Positions 35,080 through 48,124 of a DNA stretch of 64,000 nucleotides are shown here, in pieces. The translations under genes and the position numbers were made by a program. Under the pieces are notes generated by a model that was not told the origin of the DNA, did no database searches, and saw nothing but the letters and a program-made list of their open reading frames with translations. How positions within the stretch are numbered: the stretch's first letter is position 1; each line of letters opens with the position of its first letter. Location: positions 76,820,001 through 76,884,000 of the forward strand of contig CM052816.1 of assembly GCA_028534125.1 (NCBI GenBank). Direction: 5' to 3'. This DNA is from Lama glama. Lineage: Eukaryota.

Positions 35080-35415
35080 GGTCTTCGTTCAGGCTGCTGT
35101 TACAAAAATACCATAGACTGGTGGCTTCGAAACAACAGAAATTTATCTTTCACAGCTCTGGAGGTTGGGAAGTTCAAGACCAAGGCACCGACAGATTCAG
35201 TGTCTGGTGAGAGCCCACTTCCTGATTCATAGATGGCTATCTTCTCACTGTGTCCTCACATGGCAGAAGGGACAAGAAATCTCCTTTATAAAAAGGGCAC
35301 TAGTGCCATTCATGAGAGCTCCACACTCCTGAAGCAACTTCTTAAAGGCTCTGCTTCCAAACACCATCACATTAGGAATTAGGTTTCATATAAATTTTGG
35401 AGAGACACACTCATT
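35080..35415 (-). mobile_element. MLT1A-type MaLR solo LTR
   Basis: ggctgctgttacaaaaataccatagactggtggctt..aacagaaattta..ctggaggttgggaagttcaaga..ctcacatggcagaagg..accatcacattagg. Confidence 0.88.
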
Positions 35416-38400
35416 GCTGTGCCACTCAAACTTGCAAATGACAGTCCACCACTCCTCCAACCATCTGTCTCCCTCCTATTTTCTTGCTTTCTTCATTCTC
35501 ATCTTCCAAACTATGATTCTGTTTAAAAAAAACAACTTAACTCTTTTCCATTCCTCCACATCATCACCACAAATCTCTTTTCTTTGGAGACAATGAAACC
35601 TGTTAGTAAAGCCCACAGAAAACGCTGAGCTTTTATTTATGGAGGCATGAAGATCAAGGAGGTTGCCGAATTCTGAGCTACTGAAAAAACATGGCTAATA
35701 GCACGTCAACATGATTTTGAAACAGAAAAGCTAAAGTAGGCAAGTTTTTAAAAGCTGCTAGCGTGCACCTTAAAAGCTGGATAAAGTTAATTCCAAACGC
35801 CAGCCCATGTTTCCTTAAAAAATTTAATGGTCCCCGCAGAAGATCGATGAGTAACCCTGTGGCTTGAATTCTCAAGGTTACTTCTGGCTTTTAGCTCCTG
35901 CACCTTCTAACTCAGATCAGTCTAGCAGTTGCCTCCCTGACCCTTTGCTGTACTGCAGTCACTCCGACAAAATTTGGTGCTTTTCCTTAGTTTTCCTTGC
36001 AAACCATTCACTGAAGGCTTTTGCGTGCGTGAGCAAGACTTCACCGAAGGTGTGTGGAGACGGGGATTCACATGGCATTGAGGCTGGAGACGTAAAATGG
36101 GACACTGCCAACCACTGTTCTTCAAAAGCGACCAGGCATTTTGCATCTGAGGCTCCCGTTCCTCTGCTATTGCTCACCTTCTTCTTTCTTTTCCTCACTT
36201 CTTTGACCCACCCCTTCTCAACGACAGAGAAAAGTGAGAACACTTTCAATTTTCCTTTTTTTTTAATTGAAATGTAGTTGATCTACAATGTTGTGTTCTA
36301 TTTTCTTTTACAGAAAAGTTCAGCTGTCTTTAACACAAACCCTTAAACTCAGCTGTTGTCTCCCCTTGCACTTAACCAGAAATTTCTTATTCAGAGGCTT
36401 TTTCACCATCTCTTTGGCCCGGGGACAGAAGTGGTTTTATGTTATATCACAATTTGATAGCCATTTTGTTACACACTGCTGATGAATGGAATGTATCTGG
36501 GAGACTTTGGTTGTTCCCAACAGAAGTACAGGAACTGAATTGTTCCCAATTGGTGCGATAGTCAGGTTGTTTTAGCCCTTTGTCTATTTTCAGTGCCGAA
36601 TAACCAGAGATTCTTTAAAAATAAGAGGCTGAAAAGTGGCTTTCTTCTATCAGATCTGGGATTTGCAAGTTTTCAGTTTCTTGCCTGAATTAAAATACTA
36701 CAAGAACAGCCATGCAAACCAATGTCCCTTACATGTCTTCCTGATCATTGTGACACTAAATGAGTCTTTAAGGAGAAAGATGGCCAAAACAGATAGACAT
36801 TCCCATCAACAATTGATATGTCATGTATTCAGAAGGGGCAAGAAAACATCAAAAGTGGACCTTCGTCCTTTAAAATGTCTCAGACTTTAAATTGCAGAAG
36901 AATACCCCCAAAGTTTCTAGTTCCAGAAGCCTGGAATGGAACCCAGGAACTGGAATAGTTATTAACATCACTGGGTGATTGTAATGCAGGTTGTTCTTGG
37001 ACCACATTAAGAAACACTGCAGTTTATGAGAATTATTACAACACGGAAGAGGGTAAAGAGGACAGTGGGGAGAGGAAGTGTTTGTAAGCCAGAGTTATTT
37101 TCCTGAAAACAAATTTTTTAAAATGCTGTAACACTGAGACAGGAGACTAGAAGCTGGGAAAGGAGTGAGTGATCTATTTAAGCAAACAGTAGTATCCTGT
37201 GGCTGATCTTAAAATTTTATTTAGTTAGGGAAAGTGCAAAGGTGCTGTTCAAATATCTAACATACAAGTGGCTGGCACCAGAGTCCTGAAAGTCTTCTGC
37301 TTTGTCAGGCGTGAACCTGTTCATTGCTGGATGATAAATCCATCCAGGGGTTCAAGGTGGCACCTGGAACCCTCAGAGGACTTCAGCTAGTTAAACTGTT
37401 TTAAAAGTTGGTAGTTGAAAAAAAAGTTAGCGGTTAAACCGTATACACCAGCTGGCCAGTACACTGCAGAGAACCCTGCCTATCAACCCCAAAGAGCAAA
37501 GGTCCCACTCCACCTCCGAACACGTATAATCAAGGCCTCTTGTCACTCTCTCCCTCTCTTTTGTTTCCCCCTTTTTTCTGTTCTTTTTTTTTTTTCTATT
37601 TTCATTTCTTTTCTCCCCTTCTGCCCTGCACTGGCCTTCAGGTAAGCTCAGTTATGCTTTTCACATGGGACACAGAGTTACTATTCATCAAAATAAAAAA
37701 CCATATTTAGCACTACTTTTGGTGCTATTCAAGGCAAAGGAAAAAACGTAAGTGCTCAGAACAAGGTTTGAAAACCCAAACAATTGTGTATCACTGTAAG
37801 AACTGCCACTCTGTCGATGGAGACCAGAACAACAATGGAGCCCACAGTCCTACCGAAGATGGACGGACTTGTTCCCTCAGGAGGTGTCCATGCTTGGAGG
37901 CAGCGGGTCCCCTCCTCCAAAACTGACCTGGAGGGCCAGGGGATGAGCAGAGTTTCCAGGATCTGAACCTGATCAGCACCCCAGTACAACTGTACTGGCC
38001 TAGGACCCCACCATCTATATAACTCATCACTAGGTTACGACATTCATCTTTTTCTTTAGCGATGAAGTATATAGTAAGTTTCTAATTTTCAGAATAGACC
38101 TCTGTTCGTACAGTACTTAATAGAAATTAAGCCAGTGCAAAAGAAAGCTGGGCATTTGGCCTAAAATAAAGGGTGCCTTTCTTCTGTAATGCTGTTTAGT
38201 TGAGGTTCAAAGCTATTCGAGTTTGGAGAAAAGCACTGTCAACTTCTGATGCTGCTGACAGATTCCTGCACCTGAGAGCCTAATGAGAAGAGGAGAGGGT
38301 GTAGGTGGAATTGATAAAAGCAGATTTTTTTTTCAAGGTTGCCACGATATTTCTGTAACTGGAAACTTTCTTTTTAATCTCACTGTGATAGGAGAACTTG

Positions 38401-38529
38401 CAGAAAGCGCTATAAACGCTTAGTGATCTGTGAGAAGTGAGATATTTTTCTAAAGGCAGGAGCACTTTTTTTGTGTTTTGAAAAATGCTGGTGTTTCCAC
38501 AATTGTTTTTCATCGGGAGTGTTCGGAGC

Positions 38530-38740
38530 AGATGCTTTGTTGCTAGAGAGATTTGGGATCTAAGACAAGCACCGCTGCATACTGTGGGACCCCAAGGGAG
38601 GTTCTTACCTCTCCAAGCCTCGGTTTGCTCGTCTGTTAATGGAGATAAGTCAGTTCTGTCAGAGGGTTATCGTGTGGATTAAATGAAAATGTATAAAATG
38701 TGCTTTAAAACTTCCTGGTGTATCCTGAAGACTCAAATCA
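38530..38740 (+). mobile_element. MIR
   Basis: acctctccaagcctcggtttgctcgtctgttaatggagataa..cagagggttatcgtgtggattaaatga. Confidence 0.7.
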
Positions 38741-41700
38741 TATTCGCAGTAATGTAATCACATTTATTAATGAGGAAATGGAGATAAGGTTCAAATAAAG
38801 ACTCTCATTGCTTCACCAAATGTTCTATATAGCTCATTAGGTTAAAAAAAAAAAAAGACCCCACTGAAAAATAGATGAGTAACAGACGGTAGCCATCAGC
38901 CTCGGGTATCAATCAGTACTAGTAACAATGTCATCCAAATGCAGACTTGAACTCATGTTTTATTTTGTTTCAAAATAACACACCAGACTTTCATTATCAC
39001 AGCATCAGGTTGATCCTCTTTTTGAAGCACTGTCTGCTTGCACCTCTCTTGCTGTATTACTGTTTCCTTAGGTGTGAGTTCTACTATTTGTTAACTCCAG
39101 AGTCCTCCTTCCTTGGAGCTGACTTTCCTTGAATGTTTGCAAAGTCTTGTTGGTGCACAGGTTGGTAGTGGAGATTCAGGTGGACTGCCATTTCTGTTTG
39201 TGCAGGCGGCTTTGGGGGAAGAGTTCAGCGGTGAGAGGGGATGGCTGAGCGCTGTGGGGCAGGGCTGCGATGGCTAGTCTTTACCAGGACACCCCTCCTT
39301 CCTGGACATCCCAGCCTCTGGAGCTCTGCTCAGCTTCGCCCACCCAAGGGCAAAGTCATTGTTGCCATGATTTCTGGCCATACCTATACCTGCTTCGTTC
39401 CCTCCAAGTACTCCCCCAAGCCCCTTCCTGCCCCTAGCATTCTGTCTCTTGAGCGTAGGGCACTCTGGGGGAGGCGCTCCCACTCTTTTGTCACCCTCTC
39501 TCTTGGGCTTTATTGGGGCTTCTGTTTCATCTTTCAGTAGTACTCTCTTCAAATTTGTGTTTTAGGAATTCTTCGTGGCTTCTGGTCCACTGTGGATTTA
39601 CTTTCTTGTTTCCAATATGTTTATGATTTGTTTGTTTTCATCAATTATCTTTTCTATCATTTCTAGAGATCTGGGGTGAGGAGAGCTTGCTGCAGTGTGT
39701 AGTCAACCAGCCATCTTAATGGGGAACTTTTAATCATGTCTCTAACGGGGAAAACATGAGTAAGCATTTAACTACTGTAAAGCATCAGTATCAGAAAAAA
39801 CACTTAATGGGCCATCTTAAAAGAATCATCCAAAGTCTGGATTTACACAATGTAAAAACAGTGAAAAAATCAGCCATCTTCATGTACTGGTGGTATGTAT
39901 ATGTCAATGTGGCATTTGCACCTGGTGATAACCAAATGACAGCCATCCTAAAGAAGATGGTTGTTTACGTGGGTTTTTCACTCCTTGAATTATGTTACAA
40001 GAAAAACAATGTTTACAATATAATGAGTACTCTTCCCTATTCACAAGGACTTATGAGATCTAAAAAGAGCTTTGAGAAATGTGTTTGAATGCCTTAAAGG
40101 GACACATAATTTATTATTTGGAATTCTGAAAGTGACATAGTCTCCAAAAAAGGATTTTTACTTAGATTCCAGACTTAAGGTATAAATTCTAACAGCGTAT
40201 AAACTGGAGTCAAGGTTAACTAAAGCTAGGTCAACATTGTTTTTACATAAAGTGCTTTCCATTTAGTGGGGGGGGGGAAAGAACATAAATTGATGTTGAA
40301 AGATGTCCATGGGAAAGAGATTGATTAATCTTTGATAAATGAAAGAGATAAAATTTCAATCAGATTTTATACCTAGATCAGAATAGGTTGTGCATCATCT
40401 CTCACTTTTAAGAAAACACAGATTCAAAACATATATTCAGTAAGCATTTCCCTACAACACTGTTAAATAAATTGGGGCGCAAAGGGTGAACCATCAAAAA
40501 AATATGAACATTACTGAAAGAATTTTTTAAAAAGTCACACCAGCAAACTGATGGTAGTTACTTCAGCATCCTGATTCAACAAATAATATTTAAGTAAAAG
40601 CCCAGTTTTTAATAGCAGTAGCATATTCTGCAAACATGAAATTAGTTTTTCCTTTAAATGGACTAATCATCCAGTATGAAAATTCTTTGGGAATTTCCTT
40701 GAAAAAACAAGAAAATCAACCTTTTTGTAACCTGTGAGTGAACAGAAAAAAGAGTGATTTGAATTAATGGTACCAGCCAATAGTTTAAAATTTTCACCTT
40801 CAAACTCACCAAAGTAACCCATTTCGAATTTTCATCTTTTAATATTTTAAAATAATTTAAGCAGGCAACAATCTTATTGATTTTATTAAGATAAGTATAC
40901 CTCTTTGTAGAAGAAAACTCACCAGACTTTCTTTTGGTTAAAATGCTTTAATTGTTTGTTGTTTTAACTTTTCAGTATCCTATTCCCGGTATAGCATTGC
41001 AAAATGTCTCAGACTTTGTTGATCAATTTATTTAAATTATAATTTACCACAAAAATTTGGCAACTGTCTGCTTTAGATAGTTTATGAATAATATAATCAC
41101 ATTTTCTGATATGGGCACAAAATTAGCCTAGGAAATCTGTTTTTTAATACATTACTGTGCTTTCTCTATAATTGAAAATTGGTTTTTCTTCTAAGTTGCT
41201 GAATAGGACTGGCTCTGCTATTAGATGAGGTTAATTTTCATCATCTCAAAATATCTCTTCTGTCAACTAGTATAAAATTTCCTTTTTACCCATCATTTCT
41301 CAAGGCAGTGTTTCTCCCAGCACGGCCTATGAACCGTCTACACCAGAATGGGCTTAGGCACTTTACAAAACTTTAGATTGCTGCCTCCCCACAATTCCAC
41401 CCCCACCACAGCCATCTTCTTGAATCAGAACTTCTGGTTTTGGGACCGAGGTATCTTCATTTTTAATAACTGCCCAGGAGATTCTTATGCAAATGACAGT
41501 AGAAAAAAATTAACTCAAATCAGCCCTTCTTTACCTGGCAAACACTTTTTTGTACGTTATAAAGTTAAAAAAAAAAAGCTTGTTTTGAACAGTGTTAGAA
41601 ACTCATTTTCCTTGGGGAAGTACTGGATGAGATAGGAGTGGAAGGGTAGAGACAGACACCAAGGGAAAGGACAGCTGGTAAGCTAGGCACTTGGTCTGAA

Positions 41701-42270
41701 CCATTCCACACAAGCTTGTAGACACTGGGCTGGACTGAAGCTCCTAGAGCTGGCATTGGCAGTTTGCTTGTGTAGAATCATAGAAAACTCCTGGACAACG
41801 TTCATTCTCCCATCACGCTAGAAATCCCAGCTAATCTTCGTGAAAGAGGCAAGTGCTCTTAGAATAAGTCCTAACAGGTCAAGTGCATGCATTAGGCTTG
41901 TTTTCAGTTGTGACTAAAAATGCCTAGGATGCAACCACTTTCCTCCCAGGATCAGAGTTTGAGAGTACCTGAAAAGAGAAGCAAATGCCATTAAGAGATG
42001 GGAACCTCTGAAGATGAACTTTGTCAACTCAGTTTTGCTAGAGCTAGGCCTGCCTGCCACTTGCTTCCCAAGAAGGCAGTTCTGCTGTGAGCAACTTTAA
42101 AGGTTAATGAAATTTTCCTGAAATATCTAGAAAAGTTAATAATAACAACAGCAAAAAACAGGAAAGAAACAGTAGCACAGAAATGTATCAGACCAAGGCG
42201 CCAACTAGAGTAGAGAAAGTAATATGAGAAAACCTTCTCTTATTCACTTCTCTACCTCCGGCTGGGCACT

Positions 42271-42276
<6 letters not shown>

Positions 42277-42305
<29 letters not shown>

Positions 42306-42349
42306 TTATTATATATATATTATATATATAGATTATTATATATATATAT
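42277..42349. repeat. (TA)n compound microsatellite at SINE tail
   Basis: Direct reading. Confidence 0.9.
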
Positions 42350-42476
42350 TTAGGCAGGAGGAGGTAGTTAGGTTTATTTATTTATTTATTTATTTTTAAT
42401 AGAGGCGTTGGGGATCGAACCCAGGACCTTGTGCATGCTAGGCATGCACTCTACCACTGAGCTATACCCTCCCCCC
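42350..42476 (-). mobile_element. tRNA-Ala-derived SINE (camelid Vic-1 type)
   Basis: Reverse complement gggggagggtatagctcagtggtagagtgcatgcctagcatgcacaaggtcctgggttcgatcccc..(aaat)n aaacctaactacctcc, with A and B boxes. Confidence 0.88.
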
Positions 42477-42949
42477 TTACCCAGTATTTCACATCACCCA
42501 CTTGCCAAGTACTCTGACCTTCAGAGAACTTAAATTATGGCTCCTTGTTTTCTCCCTGATTTGGGTCTGTGATGAACTAGTTAGCAAGGGATATGATGGT
42601 ACTAAAATAAGTTTACTTTTCCCATATTGTACCTGCATAGGTCACACTACTAACCCAGTTAAAATGATGTACGGAACTGAGTCTCTTTGAAATGTAATTA
42701 AAATGTGTATTAAAGATAGACCTCAGGCCTAAATAAAAGCTTTTTTTTTTTTTTTTTTTTTTTTTTCTTAAAGGCAACATGCATAGTGTCTCTGGAAGCT
42801 TCCTCAAATTTTGGTGAAACCAAATAGCAATGGTAGATAAAATTTGAACACACACACACACATTAGTGTACCTGCCACCTGCTCTCCATTCACACCAGCA
42901 TTGTTTCATGAATGATAAGGTGAGGCTGCAATGTAGAGAAAAGAATAAA

Positions 42950-43290
42950 AGCAGCAAAAGATGGGAACAGGGAGGTAGGCAGGGGCCAAACCTCATAGAC
43001 CATGTTAAGGACTTGGGGCTTTTGCCCAAATAGGAGGGTGACCTGGTTAGAGTCAAAGTTTGGGAAAGATTGTTCTAGAAGCAGTATAAAGAAGTGGGAG
43101 AACACTGCAGTAACCCAGGCAGGAGCTTGGGCTAGAGAGGTGGCAGAAGAGATGGGAAACAGAGTGGATCTGAGAGATATCTAGACAATAAAATGATAGA
43201 TTGGCTATGTGAAAAGACCATGGTCTTTATTTTGAACACGTTCAATTAGAGGAGTCTTTGAGACATCATGTAAGCAGGTGGTTACAAGGG
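42950..43290 (-). mobile_element. L2 fragment
   Basis: accatgttaaggacttggggctttt..ggtgacctg..gtggatctgagagatatctag. Confidence 0.6.
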
Positions 43291-43404
43291 TCTAGAGCCG
43301 TTGAAGCCTCATTTTTTTCTCTACATTGTTGACTCTTCAGCCTGCCTCTTGGGACCCAGTGCTTTTCTGAGTGTTTACATTTCTATCTACTTTAAAGACT
43401 GTTA

Positions 43405-43609
43405 TCTGTCCTGTCCAAATACAGTAGCCACTAGCTACAGGAAGCTATTTACATTTAAATTAATCAAATAAAATTTAAACTTCAGTTCTTCAGTTGCACT
43501 AGCTACATTTTAAGTGTTCAGTAGCCACCTGTGGCTAATGATTGTCGTATAAGACGACACAGATATTAAACATTTCCATCATCCCAGCACATTCTGCTGA
43601 GCTGCACTG
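43405..43609 (-). mobile_element. MER3 (hAT-Charlie)
   Basis: ctgtccaaatacagtagccactagc..tttaaattaa..cagttgcactagctacattttaagtgttcagtagccacctgtggcta..aacatttccatcatc. Confidence 0.85.
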
Positions 43610-45249
43610 ATCTAATGACCGGCTGGTACCTTGGCTAAAGTTGAATCAGTATCACCAACAGTATTACACAAATTACATTCTATATGGTGCTAGTTGTTTT
43701 TGTACCTGAACTCTTGTGTACTGTGAGTTCCATGAAAGCAAGGACCATGCCCTGCTCATCCTCAGGTCCATCACAACTGGTGAAATGCCTTTGTACTCTG
43801 TGCTTGGCAAGCACTGGTTGGATGAATCAGTGAATAATCGAACAAGACAATATCTAAAATTCTGTTCCAAAAATGTGTAGAAAAATTAATCACTTACATA
43901 ATCTCCTAGATTTATACTGTTGAAATAACAACTAAAAGTTGGAAACGTAGAACAATATAGCCTGATTTTTAAGACAATTTCAGCAAGAGGGTTTGTTACA
44001 TACAATTATAACATAATCAGAGTAGAGGCAGAAGAGATAGACAGTAGATGGTGTCCTCCCGAGCTGCCTTCTGCCTCTGCTGCACTTGGTCTTAACTAGA
44101 CCAGCATTCAACGCGTAACACCTACCACCGTGTGCCACTCCATGGAGACAGCAGCAACAGCATCTGTCGCTGTAGCATCTCTACTCCCAGCTCTCAAAGG
44201 TTCTCCCGCTAAAGGGCCAGGATACCTGGCCAGATAGCCGGAGTGGTAGTGAGAGTTCCGGCCACAGAGTCTTCCTGGGACTGGTCAGTGTCACGATAGG
44301 GACTTCCCCGCGAGTCTTCGTCAGCACCCAATCTGCACATGCCCTTCACAGTGTTGCTGCAAGGGATCACCTCATCACACCTAAGGATGGGAGGGTCAGA
44401 CTAAGAATTAAGTGTTGATGGGGGGCGCAGGAGGAATGATGACGCACACGAAAGTGGAACAGGACAAGGGAGGCAAAGCTTGGGTAGAAACGTACTCCTC
44501 CTCCTTTCTTCCATCAGCGTGATGGGGTCTGATATGATTTTCCTGTTTACATACGAGGAAGAAGGAAGTTGCAGGTGAGGGATAATTATTCTGGACATGA
44601 TTAACCATTAATGGTACAGTTGTGGACAGCAACAAATAGTTACTTAGCACTGAGCACCTGCTAGGTACTGCGCTAGACCCTAGGGGTCCGAAGGAGACGA
44701 GAGAGCTGCACCTCTGTTCTCCTGGAGCTGGTCTTGTACTAGGAGCCGTGGTCATGTCAACGGGCACTTATCCTACCCGCTGATAAATACTAAGGAAAGG
44801 AGAGTGCAGGCTGCTGGGTGCTGTGGGACTTAAATATTCCTGGAGAATTGGAAGAGGAGCTTCCTATTGGAATTGATACCTAAGCAGGGCCCCCAGAAAA
44901 GTGTCATTCAAGTCAGTGAGGGAAGAAGAGAGGGGCTAAGGGGAGACAGAGCACGTGCAGACGTCTGGAGAGAAGTGAGAACTTGGGGGTGCACTAAAGT
45001 GCACTTTTCTGTAACTCAGAGTATCAGTGGGACATGTGGCGAGGTGTGGGAAGTACGAAAAAGTACTGCAAAGAGAAACCCTACACACTGTCTTCCGTCC
45101 CCTAGAAATGGAGAAGAAGATCTCATCTTTCTTTTCTTTTCTCCTACTCTTCCCCATGTCTCTTGCTCCCCACACAATAGTCTAAACCAGTACTGCCATC
45201 CAGTCACACCGCAGGAAGTGACGCATGGCTGTCAGACATACAGGCTGTG

Positions 45250-45430
45250 AGCCAGGCTGTGTGGGTGTGAGTCCCCAGTAGCTGTCTGACTTTGGGCACG
45301 TTAATGACTTGCGTGTTTCCTCCCCTACAAATGAGGACAATAATGCTACCTACCTCCTAAGGCTTCTGAGGAATTACAGGAACATCTCCACAAACAGAGC
45401 TTTTAGAATAGCGCTTGGCACATAGAAAGG
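45250..45430 (+). mobile_element. MIR
   Basis: tagctgtctgactttgggcacgtta..aaatgaggacaataatgctacctacctc..gcttggcacatag. Confidence 0.7.
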
Positions 45431-46673
45431 TCTCTCGGTAACCAGTGTGGAAACAGGCGTTTAGCCTACATCTTCGTGGGCAACAACTTACACACTTCTG
45501 TGTCCCAATCCACTGGGAGTCAGGACTAGGAAGATTTTAAAACTTCATAAATTTTCTCTGTGTCCCACGAGATGACATTTTTCCTAAAATAAGGAATTTC
45601 CTAGGATTTGGAGAAAATTATTTGGTACCTATTAGAAAACTATTGCACTGTTAAAAGATTTGAGGGAAAAACGAATCTGTCTTGTTATACCCAACGATAA
45701 ATTCCCAGGTGATATTTCTTTAAATATTCAAAAAAATTAGCCTCAGTTGTTATCAGAAACATGAAGACAGGCCTTCTGTATTTTTTTTTCTTGAATCTTA
45801 GTGCCATTCAAAAACCTAAGTATTGCTCACGTTCTTTTACTTTATTTGGGTGTTTTACCAGTATTTTTTTTCTCTTCTCCCTACATTATATCACAGTCTG
45901 GTTCTCATTCTCCCTATTTTGCAGTGAAGACCCTGAGCTTCAGAGATTAGGTAATTTACTTAAAGATATGCAGCTAGTAAGAAGTGTAACCAGAATTGAA
46001 CCCTGAGTCTTTTGACCACAGAATTTGAATTTGCATTCTGATATTTGAGCCCTAAAAAAAATTCATTCCCATACAGTGCTTGGAACACTGAGACACACCA
46101 GAAAGTTGTTATCTCAGAATTGCTGGTCTTCTGGAGAGTTCTGCAGGATGTAATAAACGTTATAGAGGAAAAGTAATTCGAATATGTTTGGAAAATCCTG
46201 GGTTAAGCAAAGTTAAATGAGTTTTTTATTGTAAAGTCCAATATACTACTGAGCATCATGAATATCAAAAGGAAGGTATAGTTTGCAGCCATTTCCAAAT
46301 CATATTTGACCACAGATCTCTTTTTTTTCCTCGCTCTCTCTCAAAAGAGCCGAGTAGGACCAATGTTCCCAGGAACTAACTTTGAAGGAAATGCTGCATG
46401 AGATAAGTGCAGAATGACACAACATTTACAATTCAAATTCACTGGTGAAAATAGGTTGTATTTGCTAGGATATTTGAAGCTGGAACTGCATAAAAGGGAA
46501 TTTGAAGTCATTGTTCTAAATCTGAATTTGCTTGAGATGGGGAAGCTGAGCGAAAACAACTCTGCAAAAATATGTCACTAGTAAAGTAGGAAGTGGGTAT
46601 TCTTGCAGCTTCTAAGAGCTTCAGCAACTTTGTTGTTCAGAGCCAGAGCTGTTAGACGCCTTACCTCAGAGAG

Positions 46674-46700
46674 CGTGCGCGCACACACACACACACACAC
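46674..46700. repeat. (GC)/(CA)n microsatellite
   Basis: Direct reading. Confidence 0.85.
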
Positions 46701-48015
46701 AACCTCAAGGACAGGAGGGAGGCAATGAAGAGCATTGGGGATTTTGGTGACACTCTTTTTTTAAATATAAAATTTGAGCTTCAAAAGTTGGAAGGAGCGC
46801 AGTTGCAAAGTTTGAAAAATTTACTGGAAAAAAGTAGTTTTGCATTCTAAATGATTCCCTAATTCTATGACAGCCAGCAGTTCCAGCACCATAAGTCGTA
46901 GTGACTGTAATCAAGCTGCAGTTATTAACGGTGTAGATGGGTTTAAGTTCTATACTGAGCCTGATTATGTTAACCTTGGGTGATCTTGGACAAGTCATTT
47001 TTTTTGACACCCCCCCCTTCTCATTCACAAAATGGGAGGGTTGACCTGGATCGGCCCTGAGGTACATTCCAGCTCTAGAGATCTGTGAAATTAAAGGATG
47101 GGTAGGTCACAGACCTCTTCTGGTTGTTAATTCTGCAAGGAAAAACGGATCTGTGTGGATAGCAGGGGCATGGGAGTAAGAGGGTGGCAATAAAAACAGT
47201 AAACTTGGGGGGTTAGCCACAGCTCTCAGGAAACCAGACAGGTAGGTGTCTGGGCTCCAGCCTGAAGGCTACTGGGTCATGTTTCCAAATTCAGGATGAC
47301 TGAAATAGTAAGTGTGGGCCATGAATGACTGGAAATAATGACAGCTGTCAAAAAGTGATGTTCCAGTGTTGCCAGAACAAAAGTTCCTGAGACAGGGGCC
47401 ACACTTTTCAAAGTCAGAAATACTGTATATATGAGAATTAGGATACCTACCTTCCTTCCATGGGTGCATGATGCCTAATTGAAATTGGAACCACCCAGTC
47501 TCTGGAAATTGGGCTGACCTCTTACCTTCCTGTTTTTGCTCCTGTCTCTCAAGGTGAAACTTCATCGTGGTTTTACTGGTGCACTTTTCACTGCCTACAC
47601 CATCTCAATTAAAGTGGGCTTGGGAAGGCAAACCAAGTGACTAGAGCACGAAACGACTTGAATCAGAAAACCAGGAAGTTGTGTCGCTATTTTTATTTCA
47701 CTTTTAACTTTAGCGAAAAGCCTCATTTCTGAAAAACTCTATGAAGTTTCTCAACTTTTTCTCTTCCCACCATTATATGGCTCTCTTGAAAGATAAACAG
47801 AGTTTATCTTTTCGGATACTGGCACTTTAAAAGTAAAGCCACTCCTGATCATTGATGTCAAATGAAGACCTATCATATGATCGTCCAGAGTTGTGAGTTA
47901 TTGTATGTTCAGTTGTTTAAAAGTACAGATTTGCTCTTGCTGATGGTGTTGAGTATAGCAGCAGGAGTGTGCCCTTCTGATCATGCCTTTGTTAGGTGGA
48001 TATAAAAATGACTTG

Positions 48016-48124
48016 CCTATAATGAAAAAGAGTATGAAAAATAATATATATATATATATGTATAACTGAATCACTATGCTGTACACCAGAAACTAACACA
48101 ACATTGTAAACTAAATTTCAATTA
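48016..48124 (+). mobile_element. Very short L1 3' insertion (109 bp)
   Basis: gtataactgaatcactatgctgtacaccagaaactaacacaacattgtaaa; perfect 12-bp TSD AAAAATGACTTG (48004-48015 / 48125-48136). Confidence 0.92.
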
